Positions 1 to 12,379 of a DNA stretch of 21,067 nucleotides are shown in pieces (within the stretch, counting starts at the first letter, position 1; the number at the start of each line of letters is the position of its first letter). Origin of the DNA: Ginkgo biloba (taxonomy: Eukaryota > Plantae > Ginkgophyta); contig JANKJI020000002.1 of assembly GCA_024626585.2 (NCBI GenBank), positions 142,163,034 through 142,184,100 on the forward strand, written 5' to 3'. Both the position numbers and the translations under genes were made by a program. The notes beneath the pieces were generated by a model that was not told the origin of the DNA, ran no database searches, and saw only the letters and a program-made list of their open reading frames with translations.

Positions 1-673
1 TAAAAACATTAGCACCCTATCACAGTCATATGGAAAAAGGGGATAATCCTCTTTTCTAGCACCCAGACAGTCACCTTTGAACACAAAAAACACCACCAAA
101 CATGTTTTTTAATTCTCATTGGTAGGAATTTGGATGTTAATAAATCACTATAAGAGGGAATATAGGAATTATTAGAATGCCTCATAAGGGTATAATGTTA
201 TTTAATGGTTATCTTACTTCAATACTTAAATGCATGTGGTTGGTTTTGAGCTTCCTTCAATTATGTATTAAATAAATGTCTAGTTTGATTGAATATTCTT
301 GAATTGATCTAATTATAGTATTAGTGTCATAACATAAAAATAGAAAGAAAATTTATTGTAAGATTGATCCTAAATAGAAATGACCATAATATTACCTTAT
401 TTTTATAATATATTGATATCATATAAGAATGATCCATGATCACATTAATTAGCTAAAGATTTTAAATAACTATAAATTCATGGATATTATTAGAAGTAGA
501 AGGAATGAATTACAATAACTATGTATGTGAAATGATGTATTACTTTACTTATAAGTTCTAATAATATGAAGGAGCCATAAAATCACTATGTTATTGAGAA
601 CTAACTTAGATTATATAATAATATCAATAAGTTAGTTGGTTCTATTTATTACAAAGGTAGTTATTTCTTGGGA

Positions 674-698
674 TTTTTTTTTTTTTTTTTTTTTTTTT
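674..698. repeat. Poly(T)25 homopolymer
   Basis: 25 consecutive T, followed by atttt. Confidence 0.95.
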
Positions 699-1050
699 AT
701 TTTTATCATGAATCTTATCAATCATGATGAAACACTCCATTATACATTTCATATATATAATTATATGGGACTCATGGGTTGTGTATATGTAGTAAAAAAA
801 ATATAAATAGATCAATTAGGGATGTATTTAGTAGGAATTACCCAATGTTTGGAAAAAAAATGTATAATATCCATGGAAACATAAAAAATATAATAAACAT
901 GACTATCTATTAACTAGATGAATAGAAAGTCAATGGATGGATATAAGAATCCCAGGGAATCCAATTTTTCAATTATAAATAGGTGGTGTATTTTATATTT
1001 TTTTTATTCTTAATGTACTTGTATATGTAATGTTTATTACATAATTATAG

Positions 1051-1890
1051 TCATGGGATCTAGTAGACCTATATCTATATATGTAATGGACTAGGTATGA
1101 TCCAGTTTCAATCTAAAAAAAAAGGTGGGATTGGTATAAAATTATAAATTTGATGCTAGGTTTATTTATAAAATGATATAATGGAATTAAGAGTAAAAAT
1201 AAATTCACAAAATTATTATACATTGTATAGTTTGATTGACCAATGATATAAATAATAAATCTTATTATTATTATTAATTAATTCACACATAAGTATTGAT
1301 GACATGTTGATGAATAATAATTATTAATAATTTTCATATGAATAATATATTTTTGGTTGTAATGTGAAATGACATATGATTCCATACTCAATTAAAATAA
1401 ACCTTACCATAATTCATGGTGCAATAATTGAGTTTGGGATTCAATAATGAGAATTTTATAGAGATATTATATTTATAGATATATGGGACTTGATAATTAT
1501 ATGAAGAAAAATATGTAATGGATACCTAAGTTATCTTCAAAATTATATATGAAATAGAACATCAAACACATATTAGTGTGTTATGTGGATACTGATTGTA
1601 GTAATGGTTTGAATTTAGGTTTTATGTTTTATTAGTGTCATTGATATGTTGACTTATTTTAGACTGAGTAGTGGATGAAATGAGACATTAACAAGGTGTG
1701 ATCCTAGGTTTTTCTATATTTTAATTAATTCATGTATTTTATGGATTATCCTATCCTATAATACTATAATTATCATGAGGACATGGATATATAATAATTA
1801 TAAGAAAATATGTTATTGAATTTCACTTAAGAGATAAAAAAGTAGTGGTTGTAGTATGGAAATTAATACACCAAGAATTAAATTGAATTG
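1051..1890 (+). mobile_element. Highly decayed Ty1/copia pol remnant (RT to RNase H)
   Basis: Five copia-like motifs occur in the correct order across shifting frames: SWDLVDL (1051-1071, cf. TWDLVDLP), KFDARFI (1146-1166, cf. KYKARLV, about 100 bp after WDLV as expected), SIDDMLM (1292-1312, cf. YVDDML), LVCYVDTDCS (1573-1602, cf. LVGYVDADWA) and KYVIEFHLRDK (1806-1838, cf. KHIDIRFHFLRDK). The later spacings are shorter than in an intact element, so deletions must be assumed. Confidence 0.45.
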
Positions 1891-4800
1891 AATTGATATA
1901 TCCCATGAATTCTATATGATTATGAATACTAAGGATGCTAATTATAATTATTATGGATACTTCCTTCTTAAGTAACCCAAATTTATATAGTCTCTAAATA
2001 TAATCAACGAAAAAGGTGAGAAGATTGTATGAGATCTAATACCATTGATGTTTTGGAATCCTAAGTCTCACATCTGAATAGAGGTTTTTTTACACATCAT
2101 ATGGATATGGACTATACTATGATGTGAGAAATATTATAAGGGCATGAATCCTCTATAATCTCTATAAAGAATACTCTTAAAATATTTCAAAGGTGGACTA
2201 TATGCTTGTGTAAAATATCAGTTACTAGCTCATTAGAAACATAATTAACATTGAAAAAAATATGCTAAAATTAAATTCATTACAATCATACTATAATTAA
2301 ATAATGATTGATTTTTGTAATAGCTTGAACTCCTATTACAACAAGCATGCTCTATTTTTAAGTGGGACAATTTTATAATACCTGTAGAATATAAATGGTG
2401 AATGGTGAATGTGATAGATCATACATAATTAAATAGTTAGTAACTATTTTCATATTAGGATTATGTTCTTGTGTCTTTAGTGTAGGCTTTATAAATTATT
2501 GTAATAATGATTGTGATATTGATATCATTAGAGGGGCACTAAATTAGTTGGTATTATCATTGGATCACTGTGGTTGAGGGATTTCATAGTGACATTACCT
2601 TGTGATACCATTACATTAGTTAGAATTACACTGGCCATATTAATNNNNNNNNNNNNNNNNNNNNNNNNNNNNNNNNNNNNNNNNNNNNNNNNNNNNNNNN
2701 NNNNNNNNNNNNNNNNNNNNNNNNNNNNNNNNNNNNNNNNNNNNCTCCTTGAAATACTTGGACTATGGGAATTGATTTCCCTAATTTTCAACAATATTTA
2801 TCATCCTAAACCATTCCTTGAGTATGTGAGTGGTTTTACATGAATTGTAAAACCATATGTTGAATATCATTGTCCATATTCTCACTATGTTTGTAATTAT
2901 GTTGATGATGATTCCTCTAGAGCTTATTATGAGCTTGTCATCATCACCAAACTCAACCATAATTTCTTCATACCCTATATTATTTTTTACTCCCATTACA
3001 CTTTCAATGTCTCTCTCAAGTTCTATTAGTAATTTGTTAATATATATATCTGATCCATACCCAAAATAACATATTCATCAATCCATACTTGTTCCTTGTG
3101 GTATTGTTCTAATAAGAACCTTGTGAGCTTTGACTATTTTCCAAAATAATGGTTTTCTATGACTTACAAAATCCCTACATTTTTTAATAGTTAGGCTTCT
3201 AGCACTACTTATCCTAGTGTATATAGGGATTCCAATCTCTCTTCTATCCATCATCCATATGCCTATTGCCAATATTGATTTAGTGTGCATTTATCCCATT
3301 CTTAGTATTCGAAATTAGTCTTAAGGAGGAATTCACTTTATTTGCCACCTACTTCAAAGTACTCTCCATGAGTATCACTAGGTATATTTCCATATGTTCT
3401 ATCATGCCTTATCATATTTCCTTGTATCTACTTGTGATTTCTACACTCGAGTATGTTGTAGCCCTATACCTATTCTTTTTGGTGTCGTTGCTTTGCCTCA
3501 CTCACTTGGTTTCTCTCTTATATCTTAAAAAAAAAAATTTCACTCTAAATCACTTCTTCAAACATTATATTTGCTACATTATTAATATATATTATGTCCC
3601 AATCAATCTTTCCTTCTAGGATATCCAAGGTACGTGAAGTGCATACTTGAACATTAATTACATCTTCAGCCTTATGTTTCTTTTCCCACTCTTATTCCTT
3701 TTATTTTTTTTCATCACTAGCTTGTTGCTTTGTCATTCACCTGTCTTCATCCTTTTTTTATTGATTTGTATGTTGTCAAAAAAAATTTTCACATTGTTAT
3801 CAGTTCTAATGTTGTCAAGATTTATTATTTTGGTCTTTTGTCCTACCTATCATTTGTAGGTGTTTGTCTAGGTTAACTTCAACATTCATCAGTGTCTTCA
3901 TCCAATAAGATCCTCATATACTCAATATTGAACATTAGATGTATTATTTGAGATATTTTTATGTAGAAATTTCTAAGAAATATCATGGAGGATTGGATCA
4001 TTTAGGAGAGACTACATATTATGTGCTCCTACATATAGGAAATATAGAATCCTAGTGAGTCCTGAATATGAACCTGCTAAAGGTAAGATTGGAATATTTN
4101 NNNNNNNNNNNNNNNNNNNNNNNNNNNNNNNNNNNNNNNNNNNNNNNNNNNNNNNNNNNNNNNNNNNNNNNNNNNNNNNNNNNNNNNNNNNNNNNNNNNN
4201 NNNNNGGATTGATCTATAGTTTCTTAGTGATAATAAACCTCAACAAATAATGGATTGGTCCCTAATTAAGAACGATATTCTAAATGTAGTTATGGTAATA
4301 ATATGTGGATTTAAGAAAACTAAACCCTAATAAGTTGAGGAAATAAGAAAATCATAGAAGCCAAAATTTTTAGTAGTTTTACAATATATACATCTACCCC
4401 AAAAATATTGATGAAAATTAATGGATAGGGAAAAATCTATTAATATTAGTTATAAGGAATTTTGATTAACATTCAACTCAAAATAACTAAGGTGATATAT
4501 AAAATTGTTGATAATAACTAGGTACAAAACCAATGGGTAATGTTAAAAAATCAATCAAATGGTCAATTATGTCTATACTAACCAAAATGAGTCATGAAGA
4601 ATAACATTGAAAAAAATCAACTGATGGTATCCAAATAATATAATAATTACAGGTATGGTCCTAAAAATTATAATTTTTATTAAAATAGCAAGGATAATAA
4701 TAGGTTTTAAGTCTAATTTTTATTTTGGCACTTTAAACCTACTAAAATGTGATTCAAGACTCAATAATAAATAGGATGTCATATGAATCCTATAATATAT

Positions 4801-6595
4801 AATATATATAATGAGATATATTGGTGATGAAATATAGTTAGATCTCATGTAATGGTCTTTATATATGGGGCATATCAATGGTAAAATATAGGTAACCCAT
4901 GCAAAATGAATATGACCAATCATAGTGATGAAATTTAAGTATAATCAAGTAAAATCAGGTCAAACACACAATTGTAAAGTATGATCCTATGATTTTANNN
5001 NNNNNNNNNNNNNNNNNNNNNNNNNNNNNNNNNNNNNNNNNNNNNNNNNNNNNNNNATAAAGATACCTTGGGCCCTACTTACGAGATCTCTCTCATACTA
5101 AAAATCTCAAAGGACTTGCTAACTACAAGCCTAAATTATCTTAATACAGACCTCTATGTTTTACTAGTTTATTTGTTGGGAAATTTTTATCTCCTATGAA
5201 TCATATCATCTAAAAATATTGGTGCACTTTAAGTTTTCTCTAGTTATTTTTATTAGTATATTTTAAGGTCTCATAAAATGTAAGGGTTGGGTGTGATTGT
5301 GTGAAATAGTGATTNNNNNNNNNNNNNNNNNNNNNNNNNNNNNNNNNNNNNNNNNNNNNNNNNNNNNNNNNNNNNNNNNNNNNNNNNNNNNNNNNNNNNN
5401 NNNNNNNNNNNNNNCCAATCATAAGCTACTCCTTCTAGTTGTAATGTAGTGATATTAATATATTATTTATTTATTTATTCTAGGAGGATGATTTAAAAAT
5501 AATGTTCTAATTTGTTTATCCACTTCCTTTCCTCTTCATTTTTTCTATTGAATTTTGGTATTTCCATTTTCATATTAATTTTACTTATATATACTAATCC
5601 ATAAGGTCATGATAATTATTATGATGGTTATGGTGCCATTATTGATATCACTCNNNNNNNNNNATATTTAGTTGCATGATTAGGTCATTAAGTTCATCCA
5701 TGCTAATGTGAATTGTTAAAACATATTTCATTACCTAATAATTGCATCTCTTTATTTTTGTTTCCATTTATTACATGATTTAGTTCAATTGTGCATTTGT
5801 TATCATTTTTACTTGATAAGACTCTAACTCCATTTACTTATCCACCATAAATAGTTCTAATAAATATAATATAAGCAGGATTAGAGGATTTTTTTTATAA
5901 ACAAATTAACACTTATAATTACTACTTATATTATATTTATAATATTCTGAGATTCTTATTTTAATTTTTTCATAACCTTAAAAGTTAGTAAATTTAATTT
6001 TTTTACATTTTGTGAGGGCATGATAATTTTCATTTTTAACATTCTTGATGATCATATAATGTTTGATATTTCTTATTATGATTTATACGTATTGAAAGGA
6101 GATAATTTTGGAAGGACTCAATGATGATAATACTAAAATTTCAAGAGAAAAGAAATGATAGAACGAGGAATAGGGGAATGCAATAAATCATTATATCTAA
6201 GTAGAATGTTTAGTTGGAATGTTTTCCTATTATTTCCTATTCAATAAATTTTATAGGGTGATTGGGGATGGATGTTAGGATAAGACTTAATAGATTAATG
6301 GAATTTAAGGAAAATTAATCCACAAGAAAATATAAGATATAGGGAAGTTGGGATAGGTTAGACAATGATAGGAAGAGAGAGGATGAAGTATGATTAATTT
6401 AATGAAGAGGATGGGAAATGAGTTGGTATTATTCAAATATAAGGTGAATAGTTTAAAAATTGAATAGAAGATTGATAGGATTTTAGAACACTAGANNNNN
6501 NNNNNNNNNNNNNNNNNNNNNNNNNNNNNNNNNNNNNNNNNNNNNNNNNNNNNNNNNNNNNNNNNNNNNNNNNNNNNNNNNNNNNNNNNNNNNNN

Positions 6596-9500
6596 GCCTT
6601 AAAATACAAGCTACAGAGATATCTAGGCATTCTATAGGAAATTCAAATGGAATTCCTTTTAGAAAAATGTAATTATGAGAAGGAGGCTAAGTTTTTGGTA
6701 GAGATATAAGAGTTATATAGACAAGAAGAAATTCACTGGAATTAGAAATCAATAATATCCTAGCTTAAAGAAGGATACCAAATTACTACCTTCTTCCATA
6801 AAATGACTATATCCCCAAAGAAATATAAATGTCATNNNNNNNNNNGAAATATGAACATGGGGTGGACTAATAAGGATAAGATAATATATTATCTTTAGCC
6901 TTCAACCATTTTTCCACACTCCTTATAGAACTAACATCAATAAGGAAAGATACCAAGAACATATGTTATCTAAAATTCTAACTTTGATCTCTATGGATAA
7001 AAATGAAGACTTGTTAAAACCCATCTCTCTTAAATAGTTTAAATCAGTAGTATTTAGCATGAAAAAGTATAAGGCACATGGACCAAATCGATTCCCCATT
7101 ATTTTTTTCCAAAATGTATGGGACATAGTAAAATTTGATCTCTGGGATACTATTGAATACTCAAGAAGAGTTAAAATAATTCTTGGATATTAGAACTCAA
7201 CATTTATAACCCTAATCCACAAGGAGACAAACCTATATTCTTGGAATATATTTAGTCCTATAGCACAATGAAATATATATTGTAAAATCATTACAAAAGG
7301 CATAAAAAATAGGATAAAATATCTCCTTAACCTCCTAGTCTCTAAAGAAGAAGGAGGCTTTGTCTCTAGAAGAAAAATTATGGACAATATTATCCTTATT
7401 CAAGATTTTGTCAANNNNNNNNNNTAACTAAATAAAGGAAATAAGATACAATGATCATCAAATTGGACATGGAAAAATCCTATAGTAGGGTTAATTGGAA
7501 TTTTATAAGGAAGGTCCTACTCAATTTTGTTTTGATTCTTTATGGATGGAGTGGATTATGGGTTGTATGAATAATGTCTCCTTTTTAGTATTAGTTAATA
7601 TCTCACTCACTAAATTGTTTAAAGTGAGTAGGGNNNNNNNNNNNNNNNNNNNNNNNNNNNNNAATACTTTAGGAAGAGATATAAATTATATTAAGGATAT
7701 GGGGATCATAAAAAGTATCCCAAAAAAAAATGAGGGTTAAAAATATTTCTCACCTTTAGTTTTTATATGATATGATCATTCTTAATATCATTAATCCCAA
7801 GGAAGCCAAAATCCTGACAAAGGACCTATATCTTTTCCTCGTAGAATTGAGAGGATTGATAAATAAATAAATATCCTAATTATTTATGGTGAATGTATAC
7901 AATAGGTCCCATAAAAAATCAAGTAATACCTTTTTATATGGAAGAGGATTCTTCCCTATTAAATAATTAGGAACCCCCATAAGTCCTAAAAAATTGAAGT
8001 TCATTGAATGATCTTAAATTATAAACAAGAACAAGAAAAAGATTAAAAATTATGGATGTAGATGAATCATTCTAGCAAGATAAGTTTAAATTATCAATAT
8101 GGTCCTAAACTCTATCCTAATTTTCTCATATATAATAATGGCTACTTACACTATATATTCTAAAGATAATGGAAAAACCTTTTAAAGACTTTCTTTTAAA
8201 AGGTCCAAAGATATAAAATAAATTTAATCTGGTTAACTAGTAAGAGGTGTGATCTCCTATTTCAAAAGGAGGTCTAGGCATCCATAGATTAGTTACACTA
8301 AATAGGGATATAGGGGATAAAATATATTAGAGGTTAATAATAGGACCCCTAACTCTATGAAAAGAAGTTATCTTTGCAAAATATTATAGAAATTACTTAC
8401 AGGAAGAGGTCTCGAAATAAAATATTTTTCCAATGGGAACTTCCATATGGATTAATCCCTATATATATAAAAACTTAATTAATTCATACCTCAATTAGAA
8501 AATCAATAATGGAGATGAATTTTTTGGGAGGAATCCTAGAATGGGGAGGAGGATCTCTAAGATAGAGAGGATCTAAAAGAGGTTAAAGAATCTTTCTTTA
8601 TCATAGGCTAGATGAAGGTAAAATATTATATGGATCTTCTTGAAGGTAATGTTCTAGTATGAAAACCAAGATCGGATTGGACCTTTGCTAATATATGTTA
8701 AAAATAATAAAAATTATAAATGAGGTTTTGGAGAGCTAAATNNNNNNNNNNNNNNNNNNNNNNNNNNNNNNNNNNNNNNNNNNNNNNNNNNNNNNNNNNN
8801 NNNNNNNNNNNNNNNNNNNNNNNNNNNNNNNNNNNNNNNNNNNNNNNNNNNNNNNNNNNNNNNNNNNNNNNNNNNNNNNNNNNNNNNNNNNNNNNNNNNN
8901 NNNNNNNNNNNNNNNNNNNNNNNNNNNNNNNNNNNNNNNNNNNNNNNNNNNNNNNNNNNNNNNNNNNNNNNNNNNNNGGAAAGGATCTAAAAGGTTATAC
9001 CTCTTCTTAAAATATAGTTAAAATATAAACCATATATTGGTAAGATTTCCATTTACTATTAGAATATATAAATGGGCACTAGAGTTATTTATGATTTCCT
9101 AAAGAAGTAGGACTTGATTTGCATCTTGGAAATCCCTATTACAGTCTTGGCAGAAGAATTTTAATTCTAATCTCTTGCCTAGAGATCTATAAAATTAATT
9201 TTAGAACTTTTTTCCAATCTTAATTAGTTGGAATATCTAGATCCATCATAGTAAGATCATCTTTGAAAATTATAGCGATAATGAATAAAGGTTGAGGCTA
9301 ATGATGGGGAAAATGCTTGAATAAACTATTTGAACCAATGGGATAGATGTACATGAAAATAAGCTAATAAACCAAGAGATTAAAATCACGAGGAATTGGA
9401 ACCTTATCAATGGGATGAAAAATAATGTTTAATGATAGATCATTAAAAAATAAAAGGATCCTAAAGTTTAGATTGATAAAGATATTGAAGTAATTCTCAA

Positions 9501-9909
9501 ATTTGATGGGGCCTCCAAAAATAACCCAGGTAGATATGGGATTGGGGGATGCATCATGATCTTAAAAGATCATAGAGCAATTATATATGCCCAAAGAATA
9601 GGAAACTCCACAAACAATGTTGTAGAGTATAAATCTCTAATTCACCGAATAATTTTAGCCCAAGGCCTGGGATTGAGAAGAATTTTGCTGTTAGGAGACT
9701 TGAAATTGGTAATTAACTAGGTATCTAGAAGATGGAATAAGGTCAATTGGTCTTTGGAGAACCTCCTGGAAAGGGCCAAGGGGATGATGAATTCCATGGA
9801 AATTATTTTAATGTACCACATCCCGTAGAACCTTAATAAAATGGCATATCACCTAGCTTATATGGGTGCGGGCCTTGTGGTGGGTGAGAGAAAGACCTTG
9901 TTTATCTGA
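6596..9909 (+). pseudogene. LINE ORF2 pseudogene (reverse transcriptase, Zn-knuckle region, RNase H)
   Basis: Manual translation gives EEIHWN*KSIIS*LKEGYQITTFFH (6725-6799, cf. EEIFWRQKSRxxWLKEGDRNTKFFH); KAHGPNRFPIIFFQNVWDIV (from 7071); NSTFITLIHK; FSPIAQ*NIYCKII; GFVSRRKIMDNI; KLDMEKSYSRVNW (7460-7498); WIMGCMNNVSFLVLVN...SRG; SHL*FLYD (7748-7771, cf. SHLQFADD); FPIK*LGTP; KGGLGI (to 8282); NINHILVRFPFT (cf. E.INHI...CPF); WNI*IHHSKIIFE (cf. W.IW..RN..IF). There are multiple stops and frameshifts. Confidence 0.95.
9490..9909 (+). pseudogene. Archaeal-type RNase H (RVT_3-like) domain at the C-terminus of LINE ORF2
   Basis: ILKFDGASKNNPGRYGIGG, then after a frameshift GNSTNNVVEYKSL...LLGDLKLVIN*V...YHIP*NLNKMAYHLA, ending at TGA 9907-9909. 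This matches FDGAS.GNPG / TNN.AEY / GDS.LVI.QV / HI.R..N..AD.LA. Confidence 0.92.
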
Positions 9910-11583
9910 CATAATGGCATAATGGGAGTCATCCCATCACACAAAGGAGAAGTTATGAAACCAAGTGCAAGGTAGAGAGGAGCCATTATCAATAGTATGG
10001 TCTGGGATTCATCTCATCTAATCTTAGGATCTTGCGTTAACCTTATCTTATAGGAATGCAAGTGGCTTGGGTCAATTGGCATCTCCTTTTAGGAAGTTAG
10101 GTGAAGGGGTGATTAGTAGAAGCAAAGGCTTCCATGTGGATGAATCGTAACCCTCTTCTTTCAATGGGAAGTGAAACATCCATAGGCTTGCTACGAAGAT
10201 TGTTAAAAATACATTCTCTAGGTTGGAAAAAATGGAACAAGCTTTAATGTGTATGCAGAAGGAGCTATCTAGGTTTAGCAAAGGCTTTCAGACAATTATC
10301 ATGGAAGACTTGCATACAATGCACTTGATGGCCCACATGACAACATAGAAAAAATATAAGTTGACGGAGTTCAGAGCTCTGAAAAAAATAATGTTGTGTT
10401 TGATTAAAGATTTTAAACCTCCCCATTAAAGTCAATAGAAGAAGGCTATCAGTTGAAGAGTTCTCGTAGATGGTTGGTAGCATCACTACACAAACAATCC
10501 TTTTTAGGTGAGCACAGAAGGACCCGCTCTATCTAATAGTTAATTCTCTTTGGTTTGATCTCTGATCCCCCCTAGGGTTGTGTATATGAAATCTCTTTGA
10601 TTGGATTTGCTCCAAATGCTTATAAAATTAACTTTCCCTAAAGACATTTTGTAGATGAATTAGGAGATAGTTGGTTTTCATTATTTTTGTATAGGGGTTT
10701 GTAATAATGGTTTGGCTGATATTCAAATTTTAACAACCCTAATTTAAAGAAGGGATGCATTATAATAGATTAACTCATGAAGTCATTTAAGAAGCCATTT
10801 TATAATCTTATACCAATATAATATAATATCACTTTTCTGATAATAAATAATAATAGTTATTCCTAAGTCAAATACGAATATAAAATGATTGAATTAAATA
10901 TTTTTTCTTGTATATTATTTCATCTTAAGATTATTTTAAAGAAAAATGAATGTAATACATAAATAACAAGCATAGATGTAGATTTCATTAAATACAACCT
11001 TTAAAAAAAAGAATCTCACTTTGAAATAATAAAANNNNNNNNNNNNNNNNNNNNNNNNNNNNNNNNNNNNNNNNNNNNNNNNAGGAAACCAAGTGCACAT
11101 AAAATGTGCAATTTAAAACACATAAATTAATTCAATATTAAAAGGAAAATCCTCCCTAATATTAGAATATTGTACTACATTGCATATTCAACTATGATTT
11201 TAGGCTTTATTACCAATATAAAAAAATTTATTAAATACACACTAATGAGACTAATCCCTATATTTTATTTCCTATAATACAATGATATAAAGTATGCATT
11301 TGTAAACATATATAAAANNNTTTTAAATATCTAAGTAGAGATGGTTAAATAAAACTTAATAAATACTATTTTATATATTTAAATTAGTTAATACCAAGTG
11401 TCTTGAGACTATTTTGTGATTTACTTTAGATATAATGAACAAGGATAATTGTTATATTTATTTATACAAAGGTAGGAAGCTAGTAATATTAGGAAAATCC
11501 ATAAACTGGTAAAAAAAATAGCTGTTGTTGGTCATTAAATCNNNNNNNNNNNNNNNNNNNNNNNNNNNNNNNNNNNNNNNNNN

Positions 11584-12145
11584 AGATCTTAAATGCGAGA
11601 TTAGTAAAATAATCATATATATAATATGATTTAGATAAAATATAGATCTAGCCACAAGTAAACTCAAAACATAATAAGTACTTACTAATATTAACCATTA
11701 TTATTCATAATATGTAAATATAATCATTAAGATAAATATATGTGAGAATGATAAAAGGATGGAATCCTAGAGTAATGATAAGAATGCAGTTGGTAGAAAC
11801 TACTACCTGCATAGAAAATGGTTATGAGGAAATTACTACCTATAGAGAGATGAATTGGAAATAAATACTTCCAAAATAATATTTTCCTTTTGAAAATAGT
11901 AAGTATAAATTATTGATGTATGATGAGAAAATGAGAGGAGATATGACCATCATATATCTAAAACTAATGTGATTTTCCTCTAGCTTCCTTTGGTTTGACT
12001 AATGTTATTGTTTCGGTCCAAAAGTTCCCCTTAGTACTAAGAAATTAATAACCCTTAATCTAACTCCACCATAAGGATGAACTAAGGTATTTTAATGGTC
12101 TTATGTACAATAATTAAACTCTCTTTGGGTTAACTCTTCCTTAGG
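11584..12145 (-). repeat. 3' LTR of the chromovirus (both termini missing or hidden)
   Basis: Colinear direct repeat of about 16603-17161. For example acccttaatctaactccaccataaggatgaactaa aligns with acccttaatatagctccactataaggatgaactaa. The first roughly 4 nt (tgta on +) fall in the N-gap 11542-11583, and homology stops at ctcttccttagg. Confidence 0.88.
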
Positions 12146-12155
12146 TCTCTTCCCC
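12146..12155 (-). other. Polypurine tract (GGGGAAGAGA on the minus strand)
   Basis: It lies between the end of the chromodomain-coding region and the 3' LTR homology. Confidence 0.7.
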
Positions 12156-12159
12156 ACTT

Positions 12160-12335
12160 GATATGATTTTCCCTTAATGTATTTAAATATGTGGATGCAT
12201 ATATGTTATATATTATTTTGGGATGTTTCTCCACTTTATTTCATATTCATGGATTTGTTTTATCCTTAAATATTTCATTCTCACTTCATTAGGGATTTTC
12301 ATTATAGGATTGTCTTACCTTGCTCATTAACTACT
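12160..12335 (-). pseudogene. Chromodomain at the integrase C-terminus
   Basis: LLVVNEQGKTIL, then EVRMKYLRIKQIHEYEIKWRNIPK (12216-12290, cf. LR.R.I.EYLIKW.NLP.EDATWE). Confidence 0.8.
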
Positions 12336-12379
12336 AGTAATTTTTCCTAACATACTATCTATAACTTGATTTGTTTCTT

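Larger units (their letters stand above)
6596..10855 (+). mobile_element. Plant L1-clade LINE, decayed, carrying RNase H, 5' part not recognisable
   Basis: A continuous ORF2 motif series spans 6596-9909. It is followed by about 0.95 kb of 3' sequence ending in an A-rich run (taataaataataata, 10841-10855), read as a decayed tail. The left edge lies in or before the N-gap at 6496-6595, and the right edge is approximate. Confidence 0.9.

Noticed and set aside
110-135. ctca-ttggtagg as an LTR end plus PBS for the copia relic
   Set aside because: It matches a tRNA 3' end only over TGGTA, which is insufficient.
3368-3859. Hydrophobic + strand ORFs resembling membrane peptides
   Set aside because: The L/F/I richness follows from the T-rich strand composition, and there is no other support.
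6090-6495. Possible LINE endonuclease remnant (IILEGLN...EK, DRLDN)
   Set aside because: There is no clear GDFN or SDH motif and the resemblance is too weak, so it is not included in the LINE.
6923-7387. Two minus-strand ORFs (67 and 65 aa)
   Set aside because: They are antisense shadows of the + strand LINE RT.
11091-11113. Small hairpin tgcacat-aaa-atgtgca
   Set aside because: 7-bp arms are expected by chance, and there is no supporting context.
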